Below, piece after piece: positions 1 through 12,745 of a stretch of DNA of 64,000 nucleotides. Both the position numbers and the translations under genes were made by a program. The notes beneath the pieces are model-generated. The model did not search any database. It had not been told where the DNA came from and saw only the letters and a list, made by a program, of their open reading frames with translations. Numbering within the stretch: the first letter of the stretch is position 1; every line of letters begins with the position of its first letter. Where the stretch lies: NCBI GenBank assembly GCA_026023565.1, contig JAPETS010000026.1, positions 186,001 to 250,000 of the forward strand. The letters run 5' to 3'. This DNA is from Cirrosporium novae-zelandiae. Taxonomy: Eukaryota.

Positions 1-970
1 ACCATATACAAATGCGAGCTTCTTGTGGTGTGAGAATTTGCAATCACAGTACGCCGGATACCGGCACGACAAGAAAAGTGGAACGTTACTGCTGCTTTGA
101 TCGATGATACAGCCAATAACAAAAATGTCTCTTATTTTCCGCAGTCTCAGCTGAATGTCTGCGTTTTCCTGCCAAGAGAGTGGCTTGCGGTTTCGTGGTA
201 AGCCGATGAAATTTCCTGCTGGACGGGTGACGTGGATCTGAAATTTTTGAAGGCAGGCAAATGCAGTTGATTGATGGGACAATTATACTCAAATGCAGCT
301 GATGCGATATCTGCCTACATGTGCTAGAGGCGAAGCGCCTCGTCCGTGGGGATTTGGTGGGCCCATTCATGCAGAATGGGTGGATTGCTGCAAATTGCCT
401 GAACCAAGGCAGCTGATCTCTGCACGCACGACGTGTATCCAGTTCTCGGTATCCTCCCCTGCCAACCTCCGCAGCATTTTGGTGTATGAGCTCCATGGCT
501 TTGCTGCTAACGTGCTGGGTTCAATTTGTATCCCTGAACGGCAGGAAACGCTATGAGATTAGGTGAATCCTTCGAAACTCTGTTTAGCAGAGTTAAGGAG
601 GGAATCGAGATCAATCGAAACCTCTCAATATCATTTTAACAGGAATGTAAACCAGTCAATCACCAGGAGACACTCATATAGTAGTAGAACTGCAAGGTTG
701 GGCGGCAAGACGAGGCAGTCGAAGTATCTCGGCCTTCAACAGGCTTAATACCTGCCGCATGCAGATTTTAGCTGAGTTTGCGTGGCCACTTGGGCTAAAC
801 GATCAGGAGAAGGGTTCATGCAGTACAGTTATGAGCCAGTGTGCAAGACGCCATTCGGTGAATAGTGCCACTCTCTGATGTCTATAAAAGTCTCTCGTCG
901 CTCCAAATTCATACCACAGCAGACCTTACTTTTCTATGCAAATTAGTGTGATTATCATCAGTTATACACC

Positions 971-2647
971 ATGGATTCCATCATCATGTACCAACCTCCA
1001 GTCTCTACGGCAGTTCCCAGGGCAGTTCGTACTATCAACGAGCTAAGCCCATTTCAGTTGGGCTTGTCCCAATTATCTTCAGCCGTAGCACAGCACCAAG
1101 AGAGAGTCGAAACGAATCAGTACTAGAAGAATATGGAAAGTGGTGATAGCTTGGCTCCTCTAGGCGCACAAAACCAGTTCGCGGTATTTAGTGAAAGAGA
1201 AATTTCCGGTGTGTTAGAATCTGTCTATGTCAGGGTGACTTTGTCTAACAAACATAGAAACACCAACCATCGATACTATCAGCCAGGTGCCCAATTATAA
1301 TAGTGACGAAACTATCGTTTTTCCATCTTTCAACGAGGTCACCTCTCGTGATGATCATCGTCAGCAGTCCAGAGATATTAATGCTGTCGAGCCCAAGCTC
1401 GGATGCGAACTTCCTAACATTAGGGAAACCGTTGCCGAGAAGAAACTGACGAAGTCCACCAATGCTATTCCTGGGTACAGTCAAGGTGAGCTCCCTTTGT
1501 ATAGCAATGTGTCAATGTGAGAATCTTTATCTGATTATGTCCAGATAACCCAGTAATGCTGGATGAGGATCAATCTGAACTTCATGAACCATCCGGTGCT
1601 GACACTGTTTCTTGTGACACCAATCTTACGGATGTGAATCCGAATGAACTCTCTCGGCCTCAGAAGTTAGGCTGCGCAACATCGAACGGTGGTGATTCTA
1701 GCCGGAACACCCCGCTTCAATTTTCTACTGGCGAAACTAGCCGTGATGACAAGATTTCATTCTCAGCCAGTCTGCAGAGCAAGAGCAATTCTCCCTTTTC
1801 TCACAGTTCTTTCGCATGTCTTTCTACCGAAATATCACACGGTGAACATCGTAAAAGTCTGCGCACTGTTGCCGGCTGCGATGATCTGGGTTACTCCGGC
1901 AATCGTTCATTGTTCGATGTTTCTACTGAGAGTAATCATAAGGAACCAATTCCAGCTGTGCCACCTAGGAAACAGATAAAGCCATCAACATCCTTTCCGA
2001 TTGATACAGTTTCAAAATATCTCTACAAACATATTTCCAAAGGGCCTAAGCATATTCGTTCTGCAACCGAATCGGACACAGAATCGGACTCGACACACAT
2101 TATATCAAGTCAAAGCCGACAGAAGAAAGCGCTTTCATCGTCAACAACTCATTTCATTGACAATATCTTCAATGCATCACACACCAGCTCCTCTTCTGAT
2201 ACCGATGACACGGCATCGATAGCATCAACTTCCGCTACCAAATGAGAGAGTGAACGCAATTTCGGTACTTCTACGGAGAGATGGCCAATTCAGGGTTATC
2301 TCAAGCGCCATAACACCGGGTCTAAGGACTTCTATACAGTAGAACTTCTTCTGGATCTCCCCGAGAATTTTTCTGTATCAGAAAATTTGATGAAACCAAA
2401 TCGGATCGATGCTGATATGGAGGATGTATCCAAAGTGACAATTTCTCCAACTCAACAATCTCTTCAAACAAAGGGAAAATTCACTGAAGAAGAAGATAAA
2501 CAACTAATCAAATTGAGAAGCAAACAAGGTCTATCCTGGAATCAAATCGAGCAATACTTTCCTGGGAGAACTCGTGGATCGCTCACGGGTCATTATTATG
2601 GACAGCTAAACTCAGGTGCTGCTGGAAAGAAGCGTCGGCGCTCATAA
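971..2647 (+). pseudogene. Myb/SANT-domain gene (C-terminal Myb) interrupted by two in-frame stops
   Basis: ATG 971 (MDSIIMYQPP); introns ~1209-1257 and ~1486-1544 join ORFs 1287 and 1556; in-frame TAG at 1124 and TGA at 2243, after which the frame continues (RWPIQGYLKRH) into FTEEEDKQLIKLRSKQGLSWNQIEQYFPGRTRGSL (Myb). Confidence 0.75.
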
Positions 2648-2859
2648 GAGAGCTATCTTGTTACCCTACCAATATTCCCAGAACGAGTATAAACGGTTTA
2701 GTCCTAAGCCCGTTTTAGATTTTTTATTAGTTACATATAAAGTAGCAACAACCCTTGAAAAGTTTGGATCTGAAGCATCAGTCGTAACTAATTGGATCGA
2801 TGATTTGTTAGTAGTATTTTGATTGTGATATTGTTGTAAATAATATCCTAGGAGGTCCA

Positions 2860-3023
2860 TTTAGTGGTAGGCCGACCGTAGAGAGGCTACATGCGTACCG
2901 CATGTGTACCTTAGGCGCCCAGACTGGGGCTAGGGCTGACTTACTAATATCTTAGTAAGTCTGCACCACAAAAGGGGACACCTATACTTAGTAGTCCCTT
3001 AAGGAAATACAACTACTTGTTAC
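2860..3023. mobile_element. Candidate Starship-like element terminus
   Basis: Clustered inverted repeats (ACATGCG/CGCATGT 2889-2905; GACTTACTAA/TTAGTAAGTC 2938-2961; AAGGGGAC...GTCCCTT ~2972-3000) ending in TTAC at 3020-3023, just downstream of a Myb gene. Confidence 0.4.
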
Positions 3024-3603
3024 GCACCCTTTTCCTTCCCTGACCATTAAGTGGAATTGATATTTCACAACAGATATCATATTACACATTAATCCTTACA
3101 AGCAATAATCCTAGAAGCTATATCCACATATCGTAGATGTTATACAAGTGGAGCTGAGGCCTATTCCCTAGGTGTTTGTTTTCAGTAAAGTCTGCGGATG
3201 TTCGTGTTCGGCCAAGCCCCGCTTAGTCCAGCCAGTACAACTAAAAAGTCCATGTAGGAAAATAATCAAAGGTACCTACATCTTGTGTACAACTAGTACA
3301 CGGTAACTATTGTAGCTATATGCATACTGCATTGTGAAGTTGAAAACAAATGCGCGTGGTTGCCTAAAATAATTATGCTAGCTACTATGTACATTTAAGG
3401 AACAAAAAAGTCAATCTAATTGGGCTACAAAGCACATGACGTCAGATGTAGCACAAAGGATTCTTATAAGACGGGCTGCAGAATGTTCCGACATATTTAA
3501 TCCTTATCATATTCTGCTTCTCTGATTTCATTCTGATGCTTCCCTCATAAATACTCACGACCCATCATTTTATTGGCTATCTAACTCAATCATCTTCAGC
3601 ATC

Positions 3604-5448
3604 ATGGACACGGATCAAATCAAACCTTCAGCCGAAGACAAAAACAATATGATCTCAAAAAGTTGGTTCATCTGGAACTCGTTGGTTGAGAATGCCTCTT
3701 CGCGGATATCTTTCCCTAAACAAATTCCCCTCTCGCAATCGATACTTCAAAACGTCCCCGATTTCAGAAGCACTAAGCTCCTATCTAGCCTTTCTCCCGG
3801 GCATACAAACCTGGTGGCATCTGGTCGATCGGTGTGGCGGATTGGAAGTAACTGTGAGCTAGTTCATAAAATAATCGATCATAGCATTATCACAGCCATC
3901 TCAAAAACAGTCTCCTGTACAACAAAAGACAGCGGTGGCTTTGAATCTTGGATTGGCATTGAAGGGAAAGAATCCACAGACAGAAATTATCTTGCAATAT
4001 TGATATCTGCCTGGGCGTATATCATTTCCGCCCATTGGGCTGAGTCACAGGAAGGCCACCTCCAATACACTGACAAAAGAGGTTCAGTGTCTCCAATTAT
4101 TTTAGATCCAAATTATATTATTGATATTGGCAATGCGGATGAGGCCGAAACAAAATGGTGGACTGCTGTGGCAGCACAGAACGGGTGGAAAGCTACAATT
4201 TCTTCAAATTTTGAAGGAGTGAATGGTACTTTTGTGTCCCCATGGTCGATTGATATTGATTTTGAACCTACGCTCACCGTCTGCTCAACCTCAATCCCAA
4301 GTCCCGTCGAATCTTCATGTGCTACAGCATCTGAGGCATATAGTCACCTTGTTCGTTTTTGTAAGCTTCATGGAATTTTCGATCAAGCTCTTATAGCACT
4401 GTCGGCTACGTTAACGTTTCCAACTCATTCTTTCAAAAACTTTCCAGCAAAGCTTCCAACGCCAAAACATACTCGAATTCCCTCAAACAAATATGATAGC
4501 ACCACAGACACTGATTTTAGAGCCCTGGAAAAGATTTACAGAGCTATCGGCTGTTACATGACTATTAGCGCTTTGGGGATTGTTCCTCTCCTTTGTAGTA
4601 TGTTTTTTGAAGAAACAGTTCCCTGCAACTTGAGCGGCGAATGGTTAGAAACGGCTTTCCAGGCTTTGCGGCCAATTCAACACCACAACCTACATTTAGC
4701 AATTGTGGGATCTCTTCGTCGGCCTTCTCTTGGATTCTGGTGGACGGGAGCTTGTTTGACTGGACTTGCCGAAATGATTCTACGGTCAGATCTTGAACAA
4801 ATATACATGCCCATCGATCTTGTATGTGGGTGGTGGACTGGAAATCCTCAATCATTTATCTGTTGTCACCATACTACCACTGCCTCAACATCTGAAAAAT
4901 GGATTTTCCGTTGGAAAGAAGCGCTCCTTCTTTATATCTCTGGTGAGCGCCAACTACCTTTATGTCCATGGAGACCCCCTGGAAAATCTCTTGTACGAGA
5001 TACAGAGCTCAGTGTTCAAGGTCACGCATACTGTATCGATCATTTTCTACGGATGGAGAGTTGGATATGGTTCGGTGCAGATGGGAACACTCATATTGAT
5101 TACGGCTACTCAATAAACCCAGAAAAAAATTCGGACAAACAAATATCCTACAAAGCAAACTCATCTTCAAAATTACCTGACCAAATAGAGATTTCCAATA
5201 AAGCTTCGCGACAATATACACTTTGGATATTTGAATGGCTAGCAGGATCTACCGACCGCTCTATATCTCCAAGAGATACCCAACTCTATCAAGATATAAG
5301 AGATTGGGCGGCTGATATATATCCTGATGACTGCGGCGACTCAGATGAGGAAATTCAAATAGATGTGGAAGACCAGACGAGCGGACCATCACAGGAACAA
5401 AGTCAAGCTATCCAAAGGTGGCTCATGTCCGAAGAACTCAAATTTTGA
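3604..5448 (+). CDS. Conserved fungal hypothetical protein, 614 aa, Trp/Cys-rich
   Basis: Intronless ORF; motifs LAILISAWAYIISAHWAE, SPWS, VPCNL, PWRPPG, HAYCIDH recall a widespread uncharacterised Pezizomycotina family. Confidence 0.8.
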   Translation: MDTDQIKPSAEDKNNMISKSWFIWNSLVENASSRISFPKQIPLSQSILQNVPDFRSTKLLSSLSPGHTNLVASGRSVWRIGSNCELVHKIIDHSIITAISKTVSCTTKDSGGFESWIGIEGKESTDRNYLAILISAWAYIISAHWAESQEGHLQYTDKRGSVSPIILDPNYIIDIGNADEAETKWWTAVAAQNGWKATISSNFEGVNGTFVSPWSIDIDFEPTLTVCSTSIPSPVESSCATASEAYSHLVRFCKLHGIFDQALIALSATLTFPTHSFKNFPAKLPTPKHTRIPSNKYDSTTDTDFRALEKIYRAIGCYMTISALGIVPLLCSMFFEETVPCNLSGEWLETAFQALRPIQHHNLHLAIVGSLRRPSLGFWWTGACLTGLAEMILRSDLEQIYMPIDLVCGWWTGNPQSFICCHHTTTASTSEKWIFRWKEALLLYISGERQLPLCPWRPPGKSLVRDTELSVQGHAYCIDHFLRMESWIWFGADGNTHIDYGYSINPEKNSDKQISYKANSSSKLPDQIEISNKASRQYTLWIFEWLAGSTDRSISPRDTQLYQDIRDWAADIYPDDCGDSDEEIQIDVEDQTSGPSQEQSQAIQRWLMSEELKF

Positions 5449-5716
5449 TATCATCTCCCTGACTGATATCCCGATATTCACTCCAGCCGGATCCAGCTTT
5501 GCCATCCCCGCCTCTAACTCGAGCAGCTTCTCTAGGATGGTCTGAGCATTTCTTGCAGATGACTCGACCGGTTGGGCTTTCCCATTGGTGACCAAGCGAT
5601 TGACATGCTTTCCACTGTCTCATACAGCCGTGGGCTGGGCACCGTTCATACGCATGCTCACCGTTTTGATGTCCACACTTGCGGCATGACCCTTTTCTTC
5701 CAGAGGAGGTTGTCAT
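5438..5716 (-). CDS. Small Cys/His-rich, putative Zn-binding protein (92 aa)
   Basis: ATG-initiated ORF with CxxCGH, C-x4-C and CxxC motifs; convergent, overlapping the previous gene by 11 bp. Confidence 0.55.
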   Translation of the reverse strand: MTTSSGRKGSCRKCGHQNGEHAYERCPAHGCMRQWKACQSLGHQWESPTGRVICKKCSDHPREAARVRGGDGKAGSGWSEYRDISQGDDIKI

Positions 5717-7448
5717 AGTGTAACGGTTGTTTTTAACCGAAAATCGGATTGATTTCTATATAATTCTTTATAAATCCCATTAGTATTCTTAGAAGTACTG
5801 ATATGGTGCTATCACTTTGATGGTCTTAAATACTCACATTTGCTTTGGTGTACTCTGTTGAAAAATAAGGGCAATTTGTTCTTGAAGTTTACTTAGAGAC
5901 AAAATTGGAGTAGTCAAGGCTGGGCCCGAATACGAAGCTTTTTTTGATATTTCCGGATTATTGAAACCTATATACATACAATATTGAGGGACATGTCTTC
6001 TTACCGAACGAATAGACAGAGAGAAAGTGGGCGTCTGTAATTCGGGTCAAAATTGCAGAAGCCAGCCTACCCATGATTCTAATCAGAGATCGCAACAAAA
6101 CAATTGGTGATGATATTTCATAAGGTTAGTAGATCATGCAAATGCGTGCTACAGTAGCTGATATCCCATTTATTTTCCAATGAACGAAGGAAGTGGAATC
6201 GTACCTGATAAGATTAGTGGAGGGTAAATAATCCGGTTAGAGCAATCCTTTTTGGTTCTATGTTGCGCTCGGCTAGCGACTTAGTTCCCAAGGTATAGCT
6301 CTAAAGCAACACTCCTTATCTTTCTGTTCTTTAATGCATCCATTTAAGTTATGCAGCAATGAACTTCCTTTATCTCTTCCAATAAGCTTAGACCACATAA
6401 CTCGACACCTTGCCAGTTTCAAAAATAATTTGTTTTCAACCAAGGATCGCATCAAAATGTTGTATCTTGTTAACATACCGTTAGCATTTTCGATACCAAT
6501 GGTCACGTCCAACCCTTTCTCCTTCCAGTTCAGATGCCTAATCCTCCCAATTAAGCTTATCAGCGTAACAATCTCGTACTATCCTATGTAGCTGGGGGGT
6601 GGGGTGGTGCAATGGTTAAAGGAAGCACTATGCTTGACACACCTAGCCTTCCCCGGATCTCGCGCCTCCCGTCCGTCACTCCTTTACCCGACAACCATAA
6701 CAATCGTAAACAGGCCGAAAAAGATAGTAACCCCGGATATTTGTACTTAGAAGCAATCACATATCGATCAGGTAAAATTCCTTGTTAATTAGTTGGATTT
6801 AATTAATACAATTATATCCCCTGGTTAAATGTTAAATAAAGACCCGAGGCCGCAAGTCAAAGGAGTGGTAGCTAGGCCAATGTCTGTCATAGCCAAGAAG
6901 GCACCATATAAACAATAAACTTGAATTCACGCACATATTTTGTGTAGCCGCCTTGTACACTTATTCTCAAAGAGTTGTTTCTTGCAATAATAGATTATTA
7001 TCAATCACTAAAAATAAATAATGTGAAGTGATTTCGATTATAACCAATTAAGGACTTCCCCGATGACAATATTCATGAGGCCCGGTTGAATGGCTGTTAT
7101 GGTGGGACTAATGTTCTTCATAGAAGGGCATTGTTTGACTCTATACATAATCCATTGGTTTTATTTTATTGGTCCAGCATTTTTTCTTGAGAGATAGATA
7201 CAGAATAGTAGGAGCTTTTTACCCTTGGGTCAAATTGTTAAGTGGACCATGGGATAAGTAAATTATAGGAGCCCCGAATTTTCTAGGAATTGTAGAAGCC
7301 AGCAAATGTATTTGCAAAATTGCCACAGCCCTTAACGAAACAAGCTAAACTCAAATCATATATTTTTAATAAATGAAACCATCTATCTTATAATATACTG
7401 CAACTTGGCCAACTAGAAACGAAACAAAGTTAAGAAAAACATAAAGCC

Positions 7449-8423
7449 CTAAGGTATTGCAAGAATGCCCCTGTATGCAGATTCTTCAAAGTACGATGAT
7501 CCATCCAGCATATTCTCCATCTCTATCACGACCTGGACAGGGTTGCCTTTCAAATCATTTATCGTAAACCGAAGCTGCTCACGATCATCCCAATCCTTCC
7601 ATGTCACATTCATTACTCGACCGTAGACTTTTTCCTCACCAGGGTCGGGATAGAATATCATAATCTTATTATCCAGATAAGAGCAAAGAAGGTCACACCA
7701 CAGAATCCGATGGTGCAAGATAGCTGACGGGAAAAAGGACCCTCTTGGATCAGTAATGGCGCACTTGCATGCATCATGGCATTTGCGGACTGCAACCAAC
7801 ATCTGATGTTTGAGTTCGGTCCATGATTTGTTACCCGCTCTGAACTCTTGTAAATAGCCCACAATACATTCCGCCGTATAATAGCCGCTGTACCCTTGTT
7901 GTGTCATATCGGAAGGCCCAATCAATTGTGAAGACATGTTTCTATTAAGATAAACAAATGCTTTCATGGTTTTATCATCAAAAAAAGCAGCCGACCGGTT
8001 CGGACTGAGTTTGTTTATTGATAGAAAGCCTATATCACACGGTTCCTTGGAATCACAATAGTCTCGAGCCAAGGCAGATGGTACTATACTTTTGAAAAAT
8101 TGGGCTGGGTCAGGGGCTAGTATCGGTGCAGACGTTACGGTCAAGTCCGTTATTGAAGGACGCGGACATAAATTTTTTGACCAAGGGTCAAAACTATTGA
8201 TTGGATTATATTGTTAGCAGACGATTGTAAAGCTAGAATATGCACTAACATTTCTATATTCCATCCGAGGCTGTTTGGATTTCCATCAGTAGATATCTCT
8301 TCAGGACTATACAGTAATGTCAGTTTTATGATCGTGGTTCCAAAATCAGAAAACATACAGTACTTGCTGTTTCAAATCTTTAAAACGCTCTTGATTGTAT
8401 ACCAAATTCATCGGTACCGACAT
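7449..8423 (-). CDS. Hypothetical protein, 3 exons
   Basis: ATG 8423 (MSVPMNLVYNQ); two GT-AG introns with branch sites splice in frame into ORF 7449-8144. Confidence 0.7.
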
Positions 8424-9518
8424 AGTCGACTGATTTGAGCCGGTCTGAACTGTGTTGTGTTCTAAGCTCGGGTTATTAAATACTTCTATTATGTCTTGTA
8501 TCCATAAGAATAGTTAATAATAGAGCATGAGTTCAATGCCCTTCAGGATTATTCAACCCACGACTCGAAAATTGATCACATCGCAAATCCTATGGCTAGA
8601 TGTGGTAAATAAGTATTCCACCCGGCGTCATGAAGCACTAAAAAGATAGTGTTATATGATTCTATAGGCAAGAACGAATATTAGCTTAGTGTTTAGTTAG
8701 TGATGTGTCAAGGATCTATAGAAAGAAAAGCACAGCGAGAGGTTAGATTTGAAAGGTATCTATTTTCTCGTCTGATGTTTAGGTTTCAGCATATGTCGTC
8801 AAACGGTTTGATCTAATGTGAATTGTGGACAAGAGAAAGAAGGTTCCTCGACGGAGTAGCCGGTATCACCATTATAATAAGGCCCTTGGTTAATTGTTTC
8901 GGACTACTCTGAAAATGGCTAGAACATGTGTGGTTTTCAGCAAGGACTGTATGATGTTCCGGGAAGTTCCGTACCAAGATTAGATAGTATAATTAGCATA
9001 TTTTTCATAGAGAAAATTCTAAATCTATACACAAAATAACACATGCAGAGAATTGAAATGACGTGCAGTCATCGGACATTTAGGAATCTTGATTCCGTTT
9101 TTCTTCCCCGCCAGATTTTTGTCTCGACTCTGCCGATAATAGTCCCAGATAGCAATGTTGTGTAGACCCCTACCGACAAAATCAAGAGAAATCAGTAATG
9201 AGCTATATTCTTTTCCCAGCAAAGTAAGTATCATTCGAAAAATTGGTGCCTTATTATGAAGTGAGACTATCCGTATTTTGATTGTAAGTTTTCATTTGCT
9301 TAAAATTATGGATCAGCCTCCTTGGAACAAAGGGTTTGCTATCACGTGCTCAGTCAACCCCACCATGATTACAACCAAATTGCACCCACTTCAACCACTC
9401 TTCGTTTATCAAAATATCGCATGAACAAAGTATCCAAGCTACTGATTAGGGCATCCACTGGCAACAAGCTGCAATACCTGCCTACGATATCAAATAATAG
9501 AATCAAGCACTGACTGGA

Positions 9519-10071
9519 ATGGAAGAATCGCCGAAAATATCCACGGTCAAGCAAGTCGTGACAGCAGAAAATGCCAGCGCTGCTGCAGCCGAATTACGGA
9601 AATATCTACCGGGAATGAATTTGAATACAGATCAAAGCGCTATGGCGCTCTTTCCAGATTACTTACCACGGCCCAATACTGAGCTTGTTGTCGAACAAAT
9701 ATTCCAGGTACATATACTATCCGCTATAATTTTGAAAAACTACTAACACTTTGTAGGAAAGTTCAAACCAAGGCTGGATGAAAGAATTTTTCGGAGAATC
9801 TTTCAGAATAAGCAACATTAAGCGTTTCCAGCGAATAATTTACACACGAAGGCCTCAGAACGACAATGTCGAAGTAAAATCAACCCAGAATGAGTTCTCC
9901 CGCTGGATGTTGGTCGCTCTCACACCAATGAATGAAGAAAACGGCATGCCAATACTCCAAAGCATATCTCGATTGAGCCCTGGGGAAGCGGTTGGATTAA
10001 GTGGTGGGAAATCTTTGAAATACCGTTCTGCGAGCACTGGAGGAGGAATTGGGCTAATGTTAGTGTTTTGA
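9519..10071 (+). CDS. Small degenerate PhyH/2OG-dioxygenase-fold-like protein, 2 exons
   Basis: Intron ~9708-9756 joins ORFs 9519 and 9778; LVALTPMNEENG and LSPGEAV resemble PhyH-family motifs; no HxD. Confidence 0.55.
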
Positions 10072-10100
10072 AACTAAAGGAGGATAACCTAATTAGCTAT

Positions 10101-11895
10101 TTAGCTTATTTGGGAAGTATCATTTGAGATGTAGGCATTGAAATGACCCTGATCAATATTGGGTTGGTCAATCACTTGGTTGTCAAAATAGCCATAGTAT
10201 GCAGCCTGTCCCATGTTGGGTTGGTTGTTCACTTGGTTGTCGAAATAGCCACAATACACAGCCTGTCCTATGTTGGGTTGGTTGTTCACTTGGTTGTCAA
10301 AGCAGCCATAGTATCCAGTTTCTGTGTTATGGTGTTCATCACTCGGTAAATTTCCGTGATCTATGAACGCTTGGGTTCCAGAATTCCTATAGCCCATAGA
10401 CTGTGTGCTGAGATTGCTACCCATCAAGCTCTGATTTTCATAAGTTGTTGGGGCTGGAACTCCAAAATTTGGCCAGTTCGGAGACTCGGTGTTTAGATTA
10501 CCATTTGTTGCACCCTGAGGCCTATTACAGTCTGTCATGCTTGTAGGCTCAAAACTGATTTGAGACCTATTTTCTGTAAATACTGCACTCTGAACTGTTG
10601 GATTTTGCATCCGATAAAGCGTCAAGGCGGCCTGTTCAGCAGGTATTGTTTCAGTTGCACTGCCTGATGTACGGGGTTGGACATCTGACCTAATCGCAGA
10701 TGTACTGGCGTGCTCGGTACTGAAAATTCTGGAACTTGTGGGATTCCGATTGACTGAGTCCGTTAGAACTGTGGACCCGTTATTAGGAGTTGGGTGTTGA
10801 GTTGAGTGATCATCCACGGGTATAGGTTGAAGCCGAGGAGGAGGTTGAGGGGAAGGTTGAAGCTGAAGAGGAGGTTGAGGGGAAGGTTGAAGCTGAAAAG
10901 GAGGTTGAGGGGAAGGTTGAAGAACAGCCCTTCTGTTGCGCCTTACTTCACCCTTTCTCCTGTTTCTAGAAATCTTTTGATATTGCCTTTTTGGCTTGTT
11001 TACCGATAGACTCGGCGTCGTGAATGTGACTGTTGGTATGCTCAATGCTACTTCGCTTCGCAAGCTATCTATCAACCGGTTTGCTAGGCTATTGAGATCA
11101 TCCTGATTAATAGCTTCCGATAAGCCATGTTCTTGGAATTGTTTTACTATCCGTTGTCGCTCTTCGAGTTTGATATACTTGTAGCTAAATGGATTAGAAA
11201 AACGCGCGAATTTGCAATTATGTCACTTACCCCCAGTTAGATACTTCTGGTAGAAGAAATAGTGTCCCATTGCCACCTGCCAATTCTGCCCATTCGTGAT
11301 ATGTCCTGCCTAAGGCGTATCTGTTCTCAAACTCCTTTCTGAAATCAACCTCACCACCTGCTTCAGAGCCAAACTCTTCATGTACTCTCTTATTCCATTG
11401 ATTGTTATAACCAGTATCCCTTGCTTGCAAATAAAAGCTCGTTAGATAAAATCTCTTGCGGATGTACCTAACCGTGGCCTCGCTCTTCTCCATTCCATCC
11501 AAACAACGAAGGATACGGAGAAGATAGCACAATCTAGTTTCGCCAGTCGATGAAGAGTCTGGAGGTTCCAATATTGATCCTGCACCAAAAAATGTGTGTA
11601 GATTATTTTTCAAATCTTTGATTAAGTTGGTCAAAGTTTCGTTAGGATTGTTGAATTGAGTTTCCTCTAATATTTTTCGTGCGGTTACACATCTCTCGCT
11701 TTTAGATTGTGTAAGAGATTTCTTGAACTGAGAAAGGATTTTTGGAGCAATGTCTTGTTTCGCAGATGGGTATTCGTCCACAATAGATTCGAGGAGACCG
11801 TGCAAGTGAAGTAGCCATTGAGTTGCAGTTGCATCATTCGTCAAGTACTGGCGCGCATCGAGGCGTAAAGTCGTGTTCAGATCAATTGAATTCAT
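10101..11895 (-). CDS. Hypothetical protein with helical N-domain, basic NLS-like patch and repetitive low-complexity tail
   Basis: Intron ~11230-11184 (GTAAGT..CTAAT..TAG) joins ORFs 11227-11928 and 10101-11075. Confidence 0.75.
10155..10315 (-). repeat. 60-bp coding tandem repeat x~3 (GYFDNQVNNQPNIGQA)
   Basis: Seen directly in DNA and translation. Confidence 0.85.
10823..10925 (-). repeat. 30-bp coding tandem repeat x3 (LQPSPQPPxQ)
   Basis: Seen directly in DNA and translation. Confidence 0.85.
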
Positions 11896-12745
11896 CGTCG
11901 CCACAAAGAACTGAGTTAAGAGATTCAAGATATCTGAGAGGGAAGAGTTCGAAGTGTCGTTCTATCTACGCACCGCTAGCTTAATATGGATTTTTCTTAT
12001 TGCGCACGCAACAAGAAAAGGCCACATTGGGATTAAGGATACGGAAGCCTCTATCCGCTTCCGCTTCCACTCCATTGTACGCGAGTCACACTCCACAATA
12101 TTCATGTCAACCAACAGGGAACGATAAAGTGAGGCTAAGCGTTATCATTTACGCCGATACAATTATGTTATGAAGTCAGGTTAAAGTATTCATCGTATTG
12201 AAGCAATCGACAAATATACATCCTATTGTTACTACAAGGTCATCAAAGATCCAGTTCCTACACTAATTTGAGTGAACTGCCTGTTCTCGAGCTTAGCGAC
12301 CTCTATACGAAAATAACGAGAACTCAGATCTTCATCACAAACTTGTTTGTATACAGTTCCGACACAATAGATGCATCCTAATGTGTTAGTAGTGTGATTC
12401 AAACAGTATCTTACGTCCTACCATTCATATTTTAAAAAGAGGACAGGCGAGATAAGTTAATAATTATACACTAATAGATTATTCCGAGCATGCCAATACC
12501 TTGGAGAAGTTCATTTCGAACAATACTCTACCCGGGGATCTTTGTTAATGTTCAAGACCAACTAGAGTCTAGTTGAGATTTTAAGTTAACAATGGATTAT
12601 TGCGTTGATTGCAATTATATATATCTAAACCTTGAACAGCAAGGCTGTCATTCATTGTGTTGCCCGGTTTCTATGCATTGCCTACCCCTTTCTGCCCGGT
12701 TTCCCAATATACCTTCATTCTTCGGCTGAAAACCTTTGAGGCGCC

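Noticed and set aside
86..748. Short overlapping ORFs at the window start
   Set aside because: No recognisable motifs or splice support
6595..6680. tRNA-like A-box (TGGTGCAATGG)
   Set aside because: No B-box/T-arm or cloverleaf pairing follows
10143..11009. Plus-strand repetitive ORFs at 10143 and 10806
   Set aside because: Antisense shadows of repeats in the minus-strand gene
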